From IMG/VR virus record IMGVR_UViG_3300017650_000205, positions 1 through 41,174 of that record: a stretch of DNA of 41,174 nt. The stretch is one strand, 5' to 3'. The translations under genes were made by a program, and so were the position numbers. Shown here piece by piece: positions 1 through 8,044 of the stretch (its first letter is position 1; each line of letters starts with the position of its first letter). The DNA is from a virus (Duplodnaviria > Caudoviricetes). The notes beneath the pieces are model-generated. The model saw only the letters and a list, made by a program, of their open reading frames with translations, made no database searches and was not told where the DNA came from.

Positions 1-654
1 ATGGCGTCATCCAGGACAGAACCATCGCAAGACCCAGCGTTTGCCGATCTGGAGGCGGCGCGCGCGGCGATCGAGGGCTGTACGCGCTGCCCGCTTTACG
101 CAAATGCGACCCAGGCCGTGTTTGGCGAGGGGCCGCCCGATGCCGACGTGATGCTGGTGGGCGAGCAGCCCGGCGATCGAGAAGACCGGGACGGGCGGCC
201 GTTCGTCGGCCCGGCAGGGCGGTTGCTTGACGATGTGCTGGTGGAGGCGGGTCTTGAGCGCGCCGCGGTTTTCCTCACCAACGCCGTCAAGCATTTCAAA
301 TTTCTGCCGCGCGGAAAGCGCCGGCTGCACCAAAAACCCAATGCGGCGGAAATTTCTGCATGCGCTGTCTGGCTTCATGCCGAACGCGCGCTGGTGCGTC
401 CGGGCGTGATCGTGGCGCTGGGGGCGACTGCCGCCCGCAGCCTGATAGGACGGGTCGAGACCATCGCGAAATTGCGGGGCGCGCCCCAACGCATGGCGGA
501 TGGAACGATGCTTTTTATCACCGTGCACCCCTCCTATATTCTGCGCATTCCAGACCGTGCGCGTGCCGCCACCGAACGCACCGCCTTCACCCGCGATCTG
601 GTGGCCGTGCGCACCTTCATCGAAAGAGCCTCAAACAGCGACCGAAGCGCTTGA
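1..654 (+). CDS. udgX: UdgX-family uracil-DNA glycosylase (family 4, Fe-S); host gene
   Basis: CxxC(PL), GEQPG, TNAVKHFKF, the R-loop KRRLHQKP typical of UdgX, and HPS motifs. Confidence 0.85.
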   Translation: MASSRTEPSQDPAFADLEAARAAIEGCTRCPLYANATQAVFGEGPPDADVMLVGEQPGDREDRDGRPFVGPAGRLLDDVLVEAGLERAAVFLTNAVKHFKFLPRGKRRLHQKPNAAEISACAVWLHAERALVRPGVIVALGATAARSLIGRVETIAKLRGAPQRMADGTMLFITVHPSYILRIPDRARAATERTAFTRDLVAVRTFIERASNSDRSA

Positions 655-679
655 CACCACAGATGCCGGACCCTAAGAA
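651..679 (+). promoter_or_regulatory. Sigma70-type promoter of the tRNA
   Basis: TTGACA (651-656), 17 nt spacer, TAAGAA (674-679), then a GC-rich discriminator. Confidence 0.65.
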
Positions 680-735
680 GCGCCGTGCTGACCGCCCAAG
701 CGGCAGCCCGGCCACCACGGCCATGCCTCAAACGG

Positions 736-812
736 GGCGGAGTAGCTCAGCTGGTTAGAGCAGCGGAATCATAATCCGCGTGTCGGGGGTTCAAGTCCCT
801 CCTCCGCTACCA
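736..812 (+). tRNA. tRNA-Met (anticodon CAT, elongator type); prophage attachment site
   Basis: Cloverleaf: acceptor GGCGGAG/CTCCGCT-ACCA, anticodon arm GCGGA-ATCATAA-TCCGC (CAT at 770-772), GGTTCAAGTCC T-arm. Confidence 0.93.
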
Positions 813-2385
813 TCGCTCCCCCCCAATCGCCGGCGGGGTGGCCCAGAATGGCAGTCAGTCTGCCAATCACCTCAGCTTCAACCCTACCGTTTTCGCCGTC
901 ATGGACGACCACGTGGTCGATCAGGTCGCGGAAGGCGGCGATGGCGTCTGTGTCGAACTCCTGGTCGGGGCGGGAGAATCGCGTTGCCAGCGTTTCGATC
1001 GAGGCGCGGTAGCGCTCGACGGCTTGCGGGTGCAGCTCGATGACGGGCGCTTGCGGGGCTTCGGCGAGTTTGGCCGTGAGGTCGTCGCGCTGGATGACCA
1101 GTTCGCCCAGGCGCTCCTTGATCGTGTCGAGCGGCAGCGAGGCATCGCCGATGGCGGTGACGTAGCGCTCGATCTGACCTTTGACGCTGGCCAGGCGGCG
1201 CTCCAATGTCCCTCGCTGCTTTACGGCCTGCCGGGCGTCGCGCATGCGTTCCTCGCGATAGGTCCGGACGTATTCGAGGATCAGCGCCGGGTTGTCGAGC
1301 TGGGTTTTCAGCCCCTCGATGATGGCGCGTTCGATTCTTTCGAGATGATAGCGGTTGGTGTTGGTGCAGTTGCCGCTTTCGCGCGTCCGCGAGCATTTGA
1401 TGCGGGTCACCGCGCCGCGCCGGTCATGCACCGACATGCCGCCGCCGCAATGGCTACAGCGCAACAGGCCCGATAGCAGCCGCTTGGGCCGGCGCACATA
1501 TTCGCCCGCCTTGCTGGCGGCGGCGCGCCTGCCCAGTCGGGTCTGCACCGCCTCGAACAGTTTTGGGCTGATCAGGGCAAGGTGAGGCACATCGGCGGTT
1601 CTATATTGGGATGGGTCGTTGAGGCGGCTGACCCGCTTGCCGGTGTCCGGATCGCGCACCATGCGCACCCGGTTCCAGATGAGCCGACCGGCATAGAGCT
1701 GGTTGCGCAGGATGCCGCTGCCGCGCGCGGCGCTGCCCAGAATGGTCGAAGCGTTCCACGATGCGCCCCGGGGCGGCAGGATCCCGTCGCGGTTAAGCCC
1801 GCCGGCGATATCGCGCGCGCTGGATCCGTCGGCATATTCGGTGAAAATCCGCTCGACGGTCTGCGCCTCGTCGTCCACGATTTCGAGGACGCCGGGCTGG
1901 GCGGCCATCGGTCGGTACCCATAGGCGCGCCCGCCGGCGTGGCGGCCGTCGCTGATCACGCCGGTCATGCCGCGCCGGATCTTGTGCTTGAGGTCGGTGA
2001 GAAACAGGGTGGAGACGAGGCCGCGAATGCCGATCTGGATGGCGTCGGCGGTGCCGTCATGCACGGCGATGATTTCCACCCCGGCAAAGGACAGGCGTTT
2101 ATAGATGCCGGCGAGATCTTCCTGGTCGCGCGAGAGGCGATCGAGGGCTTCTACAATGAGCGTTTGGTAATGCCCTTCGCGGGCCGCTTCCATGAGGCTG
2201 AGCAGGCCGTCTCGTCCAAAGAGGCTGGCTCCGGAGCGGGCCTTGTCGCTGTATTGTTCGACGACATGGAGCCGGTTTTTGGCGGCATATTCGCGGCAGA
2301 GCGCGATCTGGTCGTCGATCGACCGGTCTTTCTGGAGATCGGTTGAGAATCGGGCATAGATGGCTGCCCGCCGGATGTCGTGCAT
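769..2385 (-). CDS. Large serine recombinase (integrase)
   Basis: YARFS catalytic motif, LDRLSRD, recombinase domain, Zn ribbon (CSHC...C...C) and coiled coil; C-terminus MVAEEGLEPPTRGL is antisense to the tRNA. Confidence 0.95.
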   Translation of the reverse strand: MHDIRRAAIYARFSTDLQKDRSIDDQIALCREYAAKNRLHVVEQYSDKARSGASLFGRDGLLSLMEAAREGHYQTLIVEALDRLSRDQEDLAGIYKRLSFAGVEIIAVHDGTADAIQIGIRGLVSTLFLTDLKHKIRRGMTGVISDGRHAGGRAYGYRPMAAQPGVLEIVDDEAQTVERIFTEYADGSSARDIAGGLNRDGILPPRGASWNASTILGSAARGSGILRNQLYAGRLIWNRVRMVRDPDTGKRVSRLNDPSQYRTADVPHLALISPKLFEAVQTRLGRRAAASKAGEYVRRPKRLLSGLLRCSHCGGGMSVHDRRGAVTRIKCSRTRESGNCTNTNRYHLERIERAIIEGLKTQLDNPALILEYVRTYREERMRDARQAVKQRGTLERRLASVKGQIERYVTAIGDASLPLDTIKERLGELVIQRDDLTAKLAEAPQAPVIELHPQAVERYRASIETLATRFSRPDQEFDTDAIAAFRDLIDHVVVHDGENGRVEAEVIGRLTAILGHPAGDWGGAMVAEEGLEPPTRGL

Positions 2386-2507
2386 GTCACGCCCCCCTCG
2401 CTTTCAGTCAGTCCAGCCAGCGCAGTATCGCGCCGGGCGTCGGCAATTGCCAGCGCTCTTACAAAGGCAACCAGCAAGGGGTCGGGCGCAGCTGAGGGCA
2501 TGGTCAC
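2151..2507 (-). CDS. Small protein upstream of the integrase (candidate directionality factor); only the first ~40 aa look protein-like
   Basis: GTGA overlap with the upstream gene; amphipathic DPLLVAFVRALAIADARRD segment; position next to int. Confidence 0.4.
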   Translation of the reverse strand: MTMPSAAPDPLLVAFVRALAIADARRDTALAGLTESEGGVTCTTSGGQPSMPDSQPISRKTGRSTTRSRSAANMPPKTGSMSSNNTATRPAPEPASLDETACSASWKRPAKGITKRSL

Positions 2508-2743
2508 GACGCTCCCTGCTTTGCCTGATAATCGGCGATCAGCGTGGCGATTGCGCCCAGCCGCCGGCGCACATCATCATTGGCCTTGAGCGTTTCGCGC
2601 TGCAGCAATCCGCCATTGCCGCCGACATAGCGCCCGGCGACAACCGCCCCGCATTCGTCAAAGAAAACGGCGGCAACCAAGGCTTCGGTTTCGCGGACGA
2701 AGGCTTTGATCTCATTGAGTGGTAGCGCGATGGTCTCAGCCAT
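2504..2743 (-). CDS. Hypothetical early phage protein (79 aa)
   Basis: Part of a chain of overlapping start/stop codons in the left operon; ATG at 2743. Confidence 0.65.
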   Translation of the reverse strand: MAETIALPLNEIKAFVRETEALVAAVFFDECGAVVAGRYVGGNGGLLQRETLKANDDVRRRLGAIATLIADYQAKQGAS

Positions 2744-2984
2744 GGCGCTTCTCCAGCTTGCGGTTGGCGTTGCGGATCCAACTGGCGAAGGCGGCGGGGA
2801 TGGAGGCGGTGGCGGTGCCGGTAACGCCCAGCAGCGTGATGCAGTGGGCACCGGCGGAAAAGCGTTCGCGCCCGCCCTCGCGAGTGAGAAAGGCCCGCAC
2901 CGCGTCGGCGTCGTGCTCTGTGGCGGCCAGCGCCTCGGCGGCGCACAGCGTCACCGTGAGGCGGGTGCGCGTCGTCGCTCTCAT
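2736..2984 (-). CDS. Hypothetical early phage protein (82 aa)
   Basis: GGAGG RBS; ATGA overlap with the upstream gene. Confidence 0.65.
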   Translation of the reverse strand: MRATTRTRLTVTLCAAEALAATEHDADAVRAFLTREGGRERFSAGAHCITLLGVTGTATASIPAAFASWIRNANRKLEKRHG

Positions 2985-3250
2985 TTGTGCCTCCAAAAGC
3001 GCACGGGCAGGCCGTCGAGGGTAGTGGGTAGCAGCTGGCGGACCAGGGCGGGTGGCAGGGTACGCAGCGCCGCCTGCATCTGGGCCTTTGTGCCCATCCA
3101 AGCCCAGGTCGAGCCGTCAACGAGGGTGGCCTGCGAGAGGTCCTGATGCAGGTATTGGCCATCCACGGTGCGCAAGCGGTGGGTGGGCACGCCTGCGGCG
3201 GGGGCGGGCAGGGCGACGGAGCGGTGCGCGCTGGTGTTGAGCAGGGTCAT
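2981..3250 (-). CDS. Hypothetical early phage protein (89 aa)
   Basis: GAGG RBS; ATGA overlaps at both ends. Confidence 0.65.
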   Translation of the reverse strand: MTLLNTSAHRSVALPAPAAGVPTHRLRTVDGQYLHQDLSQATLVDGSTWAWMGTKAQMQAALRTLPPALVRQLLPTTLDGLPVRFWRHK

Positions 3251-3609
3251 GGCGCGACCTCATCGGCAAAGGCTTGGCTGAGGCGTAGGGTAGCTTCAAT
3301 CGGGGTGCAGGCGTTGCCGTAGCGCAGGCCCTGCCAGATCTGGCACAGGTCGCTGGCGGGGATCGAGACGAGGATGTTGCGCGCTGCGCCCTCGATGTCC
3401 TCGCGGGCCAGCTGGTCGGTAGCGTCGGCGTGGGCCTGGCGCACGAAAGCCTTGCGGGCCAGGGTTTCGGCCTCGGCCCCGTGGCGGGTGATATCGTCCT
3501 GGGAAAAGCCCTCATCGAGCAGGTCGGCGAGGGTGCAGCCGCGCGATGCGCGGTCGACCATGACATCGGCGATGCGCCGGGCGATGGATTTGGGCTGAGA
3601 ATGCCGCAT
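3247..3609 (-). CDS. First gene of the left early operon, hypothetical (possible antirepressor)
   Basis: GGAGG RBS and ATG at 3609, directly downstream of the OL/PL region. Confidence 0.65.
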   Translation of the reverse strand: MRHSQPKSIARRIADVMVDRASRGCTLADLLDEGFSQDDITRHGAEAETLARKAFVRQAHADATDQLAREDIEGAARNILVSIPASDLCQIWQGLRYGNACTPIEATLRLSQAFADEVAP

Positions 3610-3642
3610 GTCTGCCTCCAGTGGTGAAACTGGGGAGAATGC

Positions 3643-3691
3643 TGTCACCGAAACGGTGACAATGCAAGTGCAAAGTCACCTAATTGGTGAC
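3643..3691. promoter_or_regulatory. Left operators OL (two sites) and PL promoter
   Basis: TGTCACCG-AAA-CGGTGACA (3643-3661) and GTCACC-TAATT-GGTGAC (3675-3691); minus strand TTGCAT-N17-CAGCAT brackets the first site. Confidence 0.8.
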
Positions 3692-3800
3692 AGTAAATTC
3701 TCGAATCTGGTGATAGTCCTGCTGCATGATTGGCGTAGCCGATGTTTTCCCCATGCCCGCTGGGGTGCCTTGACCCATTCTGCTTCTCGTGTCTGAATGC

Positions 3801-3815
3801 GAACGAAGGCGGAAC
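3801..3815 (-). promoter_or_regulatory. Putative alphaproteobacterial LexA (SOS) box
   Basis: GAAC-GAAGGCG-GAAC, i.e. GTTC-N7-GTTC on the minus strand, between the cI 3' end and OL. Confidence 0.6.
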
Positions 3816-3851
3816 AAAGGGGCTTTGCTTTGGGGGAGTTGGGCGATGAGT

Positions 3852-4223
3852 TTATTGATTTGCTTCGCCAGTTGGATCGTCGGCAGGTTGATCAACTTTT
3901 GCGCTTTGCACGGCAGTTGCTAATACACGGGCCTGATCGACGAGAGCCTTCTGATGTTCAGCAGAGCCCAGCGATACGAAGATCTTGATGAGTTCTGATA
4001 GCTGTTCATCGTTCCCCTCTAAGAGTAGAAGGGCCGCAGGCGTCGTATCCAAAAGCGGTGCGAGCTTGAGCGCGTCGTCGGGATTAAGACGTCGCTCCTG
4101 CTTTGCCCAGCGGTCAATGTTTTGCTTGGCTATGCCAGCCCGCCGACCCAGTTCCGTAGGGCCGATGTTCTTTTGTGACATTGCGAATGCCAAGCCGTTT
4201 GGGAACTTGCCTTTTTCGGTCAT
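3852..4223 (-). CDS. CI-like XRE/HTH repressor without an S24 peptidase domain
   Basis: HTH GPTELGRRAGIAKQNIDRWAK; divergent from cro; ATG at 4223 with no SD (probably leaderless). Confidence 0.85.
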   Translation of the reverse strand: MTEKGKFPNGLAFAMSQKNIGPTELGRRAGIAKQNIDRWAKQERRLNPDDALKLAPLLDTTPAALLLLEGNDEQLSELIKIFVSLGSAEHQKALVDQARVLATAVQSAKVDQPADDPTGEANQ

Positions 4224-4235
4224 GAGTGGAATCCT

Positions 4236-4307
4236 GTCACCAACCCGGAGACATGGCGAGTATCCAATTCGGTGACGTAGCTCTTGTGTCGTCACCGAAT
4301 TGGTGAC
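4236..4307. promoter_or_regulatory. Right operators OR (three sites) with PRM and PR promoters
   Basis: GTCACC-AACCC-GGAGAC (4236-4252), GTATCC-AATTC-GGTGAC (4260-4276), GTCACC-GAATT-GGTGAC (4291-4307). Confidence 0.8.
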
Positions 4308-4318
4308 AATAGTGAGTC

Positions 4319-4531
4319 ATGTTGCTCGCAGACTACCTTAGAAAAAGAAATTTAGCGGCGGCCTCGTTCGCCCAAGCCATTGGTGTGAGTCGTCAGACAG
4401 TATTTCGGTACATCTCTGGCGAACGCATGCCTCGGCGAGCAATTCTGAACCGCATTGAGGAAGAGACACAGGGTGCTGTTACGGCGTCCGATTTCTTGAG
4501 TTCGACCTCTCACGCCGAGTTGGCTCCGTGA
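4319..4531 (+). CDS. Cro-like HTH regulator
   Basis: 70 aa, FAQAIGVSRQTVFRYISGERMP HTH, divergent from cI. Confidence 0.85.
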   Translation: MLLADYLRKRNLAAASFAQAIGVSRQTVFRYISGERMPRRAILNRIEEETQGAVTASDFLSSTSHAELAP

Positions 4532-4723
4532 GTCCGCTTTCTCATTCCCATACCCGTCCAGGTTTCCCCTCCCTCCTGGCCGGGTTGATTGGCTGGTGGG
4601 GGCGGTGCGCGCCCCCCGCACGCTGCCTCCGCCAGCCTTTCCATCAGCACACCCCGATTCACCACGACAGCCGCCGCCGCGTCATGTGTCCGGCGGGCGG
4701 GAAATCAACGCAAGGACATCGAT

Positions 4724-5008
4724 ATGAGTGCGGATCTATCGCTTCACGAGTTGGCGCTGCTCGCCTGCATCGCGTCGGCGCTGTTGGTGGCGGTGGGCAC
4801 GGTGTGCTTGCTGTTCACCCTGAGGGTTCTGGTCGGACGCTTGGGCTCCGTGGAACATCGGCTGGGCGATATTGCCTACCATGTCAGGTCAATTTCCAGC
4901 ATTACCGGGGAGGTGAACGGCGTCAGCGTCGCGCTGTGTCTCGCGTTTACACCGGAGGAAATAGCGGAGGTCCGGCGGGGCGAGGGGACGCTGACCGATT
5001 TCGATTGA
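4724..5008 (+). CDS. Small membrane protein
   Basis: AAGGA RBS; N-terminal hydrophobic helix LALLACIASALLVAVGTVCLLF. Confidence 0.5.
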   Translation: MSADLSLHELALLACIASALLVAVGTVCLLFTLRVLVGRLGSVEHRLGDIAYHVRSISSITGEVNGVSVALCLAFTPEEIAEVRRGEGTLTDFD

Positions 5009-5078
5009 AGGGTGAGGCGGGGCTTCGGCGCGCTTTATTGGGACGAGCTGCCCGCGCGCCCTATCGGGAGCGGCCGGC

Positions 5079-5558
5079 ATGAAGTTTCCGCTCTGGCTCA
5101 AGGTCAAAGCCGCCACGGCCCGCGCCATTGCCGATGCCGGGGGCAACAAGGTGTGTGCCGCCGCTGTCACCCGCATCGAGCGGGTCGCCACCTTTTCCGA
5201 TTATGCCAATGAGGCCGAAATCAAGCGGGTCATCCCGCTCGATACCGCCATCGAGCTCGATGCCTTCAACAGCCGCGCCGGCAAGCCGCCGCAGTTGATT
5301 GCCCTGGCGGCGGCGGAGCTGGGCCATGTGCTGATCCGCTTGCCGCAGGCCAGTGGAATGAACTGCATCATCGAAGGCTCGGGCGAATTGGCAACGCGGC
5401 TGGGGCAGGTGATGGCCGAGGTGGGCGCGGCGCTGGCCGATGGCGAGATCGATGCGCGCGAGGCGCGGGCGATCCTGAGCAAGATCGATCGGCTGATCGT
5501 GGCCGCCCACAGCTTTGCCCAGGCCGTCGAGCGAGAAGCGCAGGAGGATGAGCCATGA
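5079..5558 (+). CDS. Phage regulatory CII-like protein
   Basis: Position after cro; C-terminal ALADGEIDAREA motif typical of CII/YmfL-like proteins. Confidence 0.7.
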   Translation: MKFPLWLKVKAATARAIADAGGNKVCAAAVTRIERVATFSDYANEAEIKRVIPLDTAIELDAFNSRAGKPPQLIALAAAELGHVLIRLPQASGMNCIIEGSGELATRLGQVMAEVGAALADGEIDAREARAILSKIDRLIVAAHSFAQAVEREAQEDEP

Positions 5559-5842
5559 CCACAGCGTCCTGGGCGCAATTGCAGCGCCGCCGGGCCGGAC
5601 GGCTGAACAAGGCCCCCGATGTGTCCCCGCTCGATCGTCCGGTCAGCGGGGCTTTGGTGTTGCGCCCCAATGAGGACCATTGGCTGCGGCTGGAGGTCAA
5701 CGGCGTGGGCCTGATGATCCATCAGGGGCAGATGGCGCGGCTCGAAGCGCTGTTTGCCGCCGCGCGCGGCGAAATCAACGCCGACGGGTTCCGCGGCAGC
5801 GATCGGTTGCACATGCACACCATCAAGCTGGGGGGATTTTGA
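5555..5842 (+). CDS. Hypothetical phage protein
   Basis: ATGA and TGATG coupling to its neighbours. Confidence 0.55.
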   Translation: MTTASWAQLQRRRAGRLNKAPDVSPLDRPVSGALVLRPNEDHWLRLEVNGVGLMIHQGQMARLEALFAAARGEINADGFRGSDRLHMHTIKLGGF

Positions 5843-7185
5843 TGCCACAGGCGGTCATGGATGGGCGCGCCAGCTGGGCAGAGGCGATTGGCGGCTCCTG
5901 GCGCAAATCGGTCGAGGCGATCTTTGAGACCGGGCGGCTGATCGCCGAGGCCAAGGCGGCGCTGCCGCATGGCGAATTCGGCCAGATGATCGAGAGCGAA
6001 TTGCCGTTTGGCCCCTCAACGGCACGGCGGCTGATGATGATCGCCGCCGATCCCAAACTGGCAAACCCGGCACATGTGCACGTTTTGCCGCCCAGCTGGG
6101 GTACGCTGTACGAGCTGACCAAGCTCGACGAACAGACCTTTGAGCGCCGCTTGTCCGAGGGCACGATCCGGCCCGACATGCAACGGCGCGATGTGGCAGT
6201 AGGCGGGGCGCGGGCCATCATGGCCAGCCGCGAGCAGGGGGCCCAGAGCCTCGATTTCTTCCCCACCCCGCCCTGGGCCACGCGCGCGCTGGTCGAAGTG
6301 GTGCTGCCGCATCTGGGCGCGTCGCTCAATGGGGCCATTGTGCACGATCCGGCCTGCGGCGAAGGGCATATGACCGGGGTGCTGCTCGAATATGAAAAGC
6401 TCAGCAGGGTCATCGGCACCGATATCAAGGATTATGGGCGGGAGGGCCGCGTCGCCCCAGCGTTCCAGGGCGTTGCTGATTTCCTCGCCCCCGGCGCGGC
6501 GGTCGCTGCCGATTGGATCATCACCAACCCGCCCTTTGGCGATCAGGCACTGGCGTTTGTACTGCGGGCGCTGGAGATCGCCGGCACCGGGGTGGCGATG
6601 TTCGTGCAACAGCGCTGGCTCGAAGGGATCGAGCGCTATGAGCTGCTGTTCCGCGATCGTCCACCGACGCTTTATGCCCAGTTTTGCGAGCGGGTGAATC
6701 TTTGCGCGGGCAAGTGGGAGCCCTTTGGCTCGACGGCGACCGCCTATTGCTGGCTGGTCTGGCGCAAGGGGCAGGCACCACAGCCCCCGTTCTGGATTCC
6801 GCCGGGCCAGCGCGAGCGGTTTCTCTATAAGGGCGATGTCGAGCGCTTTACCGCCCATCCGGTGTTTCCACCCGCCATTGCCGCTGATCCGAAGGCCGCG
6901 CACTACGCGCAGGCGCTCGATGGTTTGGCCGAGCGCAAGGGGCGGCTGGTGATGGCAGAGGCGGCAACCGCCTTGCGGCTGGGGCGCGAGGCAGGCATTT
7001 CGCCCTACGTCATCGCGCAGGATCTCGGGCATCCCGTCGGCACCATCAAGACCTGGCTCAACCGGCTCGGGCTCACCGATATCAACCGCATGCACGCGGT
7101 CAATGCCCAGCGGGCAGCGGAATGGCGCGGCGCTGAAGGCCAGCCCTCACCCTCACAGCAAGGAGCGCGCAATGCGAGCGATTGA
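5842..7185 (+). CDS. DUF3102-like domain fused to an amino (N6-A/N4-C) DNA methyltransferase with a C-terminal HTH
   Basis: N-terminal GRLIAEAKAALPHGEF; DFFPTPPW, DPACGEG (SAM binding), NPPF (catalytic); C-terminal IAQDLGHPVGTIKTWL. Confidence 0.8.
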   Translation: MPQAVMDGRASWAEAIGGSWRKSVEAIFETGRLIAEAKAALPHGEFGQMIESELPFGPSTARRLMMIAADPKLANPAHVHVLPPSWGTLYELTKLDEQTFERRLSEGTIRPDMQRRDVAVGGARAIMASREQGAQSLDFFPTPPWATRALVEVVLPHLGASLNGAIVHDPACGEGHMTGVLLEYEKLSRVIGTDIKDYGREGRVAPAFQGVADFLAPGAAVAADWIITNPPFGDQALAFVLRALEIAGTGVAMFVQQRWLEGIERYELLFRDRPPTLYAQFCERVNLCAGKWEPFGSTATAYCWLVWRKGQAPQPPFWIPPGQRERFLYKGDVERFTAHPVFPPAIAADPKAAHYAQALDGLAERKGRLVMAEAATALRLGREAGISPYVIAQDLGHPVGTIKTWLNRLGLTDINRMHAVNAQRAAEWRGAEGQPSPSQQGARNASD

Positions 7186-8038
7186 CGTTTCCAAACAGAC
7201 GGCCCCGGCGGCAGTAGCGGTCGGCACCGCGCCGATCCTGCAATGGCTCGATATCGAGCTGCTGGTGGTCGATGACAGCTATCAGCGCGAACTGGGCCGG
7301 GCCAACTGGTCGGCTATCCGGCGCATTGCGGAAAACTTCCGCTGGGCGCATTTCTCGCCGGTGTTCGTCGCGCCCATCGAGGGCGGCAAATACGCCATCA
7401 TCGACGGTCAGCACCGCACCCACGCCGCTGCGCTGTGCGGGATAGCGGCGGTGCCCTGCGCCATCGTGCCCATGTCGCGCGAGGAACAGGCAGCCAGCTT
7501 TGCGGCGGTCAACGGGCTGGTGACCAAGGTCACCCTGTTCCAGATCTATAAGGCCGCGCTGGTGGCTGGCGAGGAGTGGGCTTTGGCCTGCGCGCGGGCC
7601 TGTTCGGAAGCCGATTGCCGGTTGATGACCCATCACGGCAGTACCGATTCCAAACGGGCCGGGGAGGTCTATTGCATCGGCCTCGTGCGTCAGGCCATCG
7701 AGCAGGGCAAGGGCAGCGCGTTCACGCTGGCCCTTGCCGGGATCCGCAAATCCGAGTTCGGCGAGGACCCGGACGCCTATTCCAATGAGATCCTGCGCCC
7801 GCTGTTCATGGCGCTGTCCGATCGCCCCTGGCTGGTGGCCAAGGGCATCGATCTGTCCGGGTTCATGGATGCGTTCGATATTTATGCGGCGATCGACCGC
7901 GCCACCGACTTTGTGAAGGCCAAGCGCCGGCAGGGGCTCACCGGTATCGCGCGCTGGGACATGGCGGCTGCTGAGATCGGCGCGGGGCTCGACAAGGCCT
8001 TTCCCCAGCGCATGGCCGCGCCGCCGATGGTCGGGTGA
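7172..8038 (+). CDS. ParB/Srx N-terminal domain protein (DGQHR motif)
   Basis: VDDSYQR and IIDGQHRTHAA motifs; AGGAG RBS. Confidence 0.8.
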   Translation: MRAIDVSKQTAPAAVAVGTAPILQWLDIELLVVDDSYQRELGRANWSAIRRIAENFRWAHFSPVFVAPIEGGKYAIIDGQHRTHAAALCGIAAVPCAIVPMSREEQAASFAAVNGLVTKVTLFQIYKAALVAGEEWALACARACSEADCRLMTHHGSTDSKRAGEVYCIGLVRQAIEQGKGSAFTLALAGIRKSEFGEDPDAYSNEILRPLFMALSDRPWLVAKGIDLSGFMDAFDIYAAIDRATDFVKAKRRQGLTGIARWDMAAAEIGAGLDKAFPQRMAAPPMVG

Positions 8039-8044
8039 TCGGCG

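Noticed and set aside
736-812. tRNA as phage cargo or as initiator tRNA
   Set aside because: It has a host-side promoter and lies at the prophage edge; it lacks the C1:A72 mismatch and the GGG/CCC anticodon stem of tRNA-fMet
7172-8038. DGQHR protein as part of a Dnd phosphorothioation or ParABS system
   Set aside because: No dndCDE or parA genes in the window
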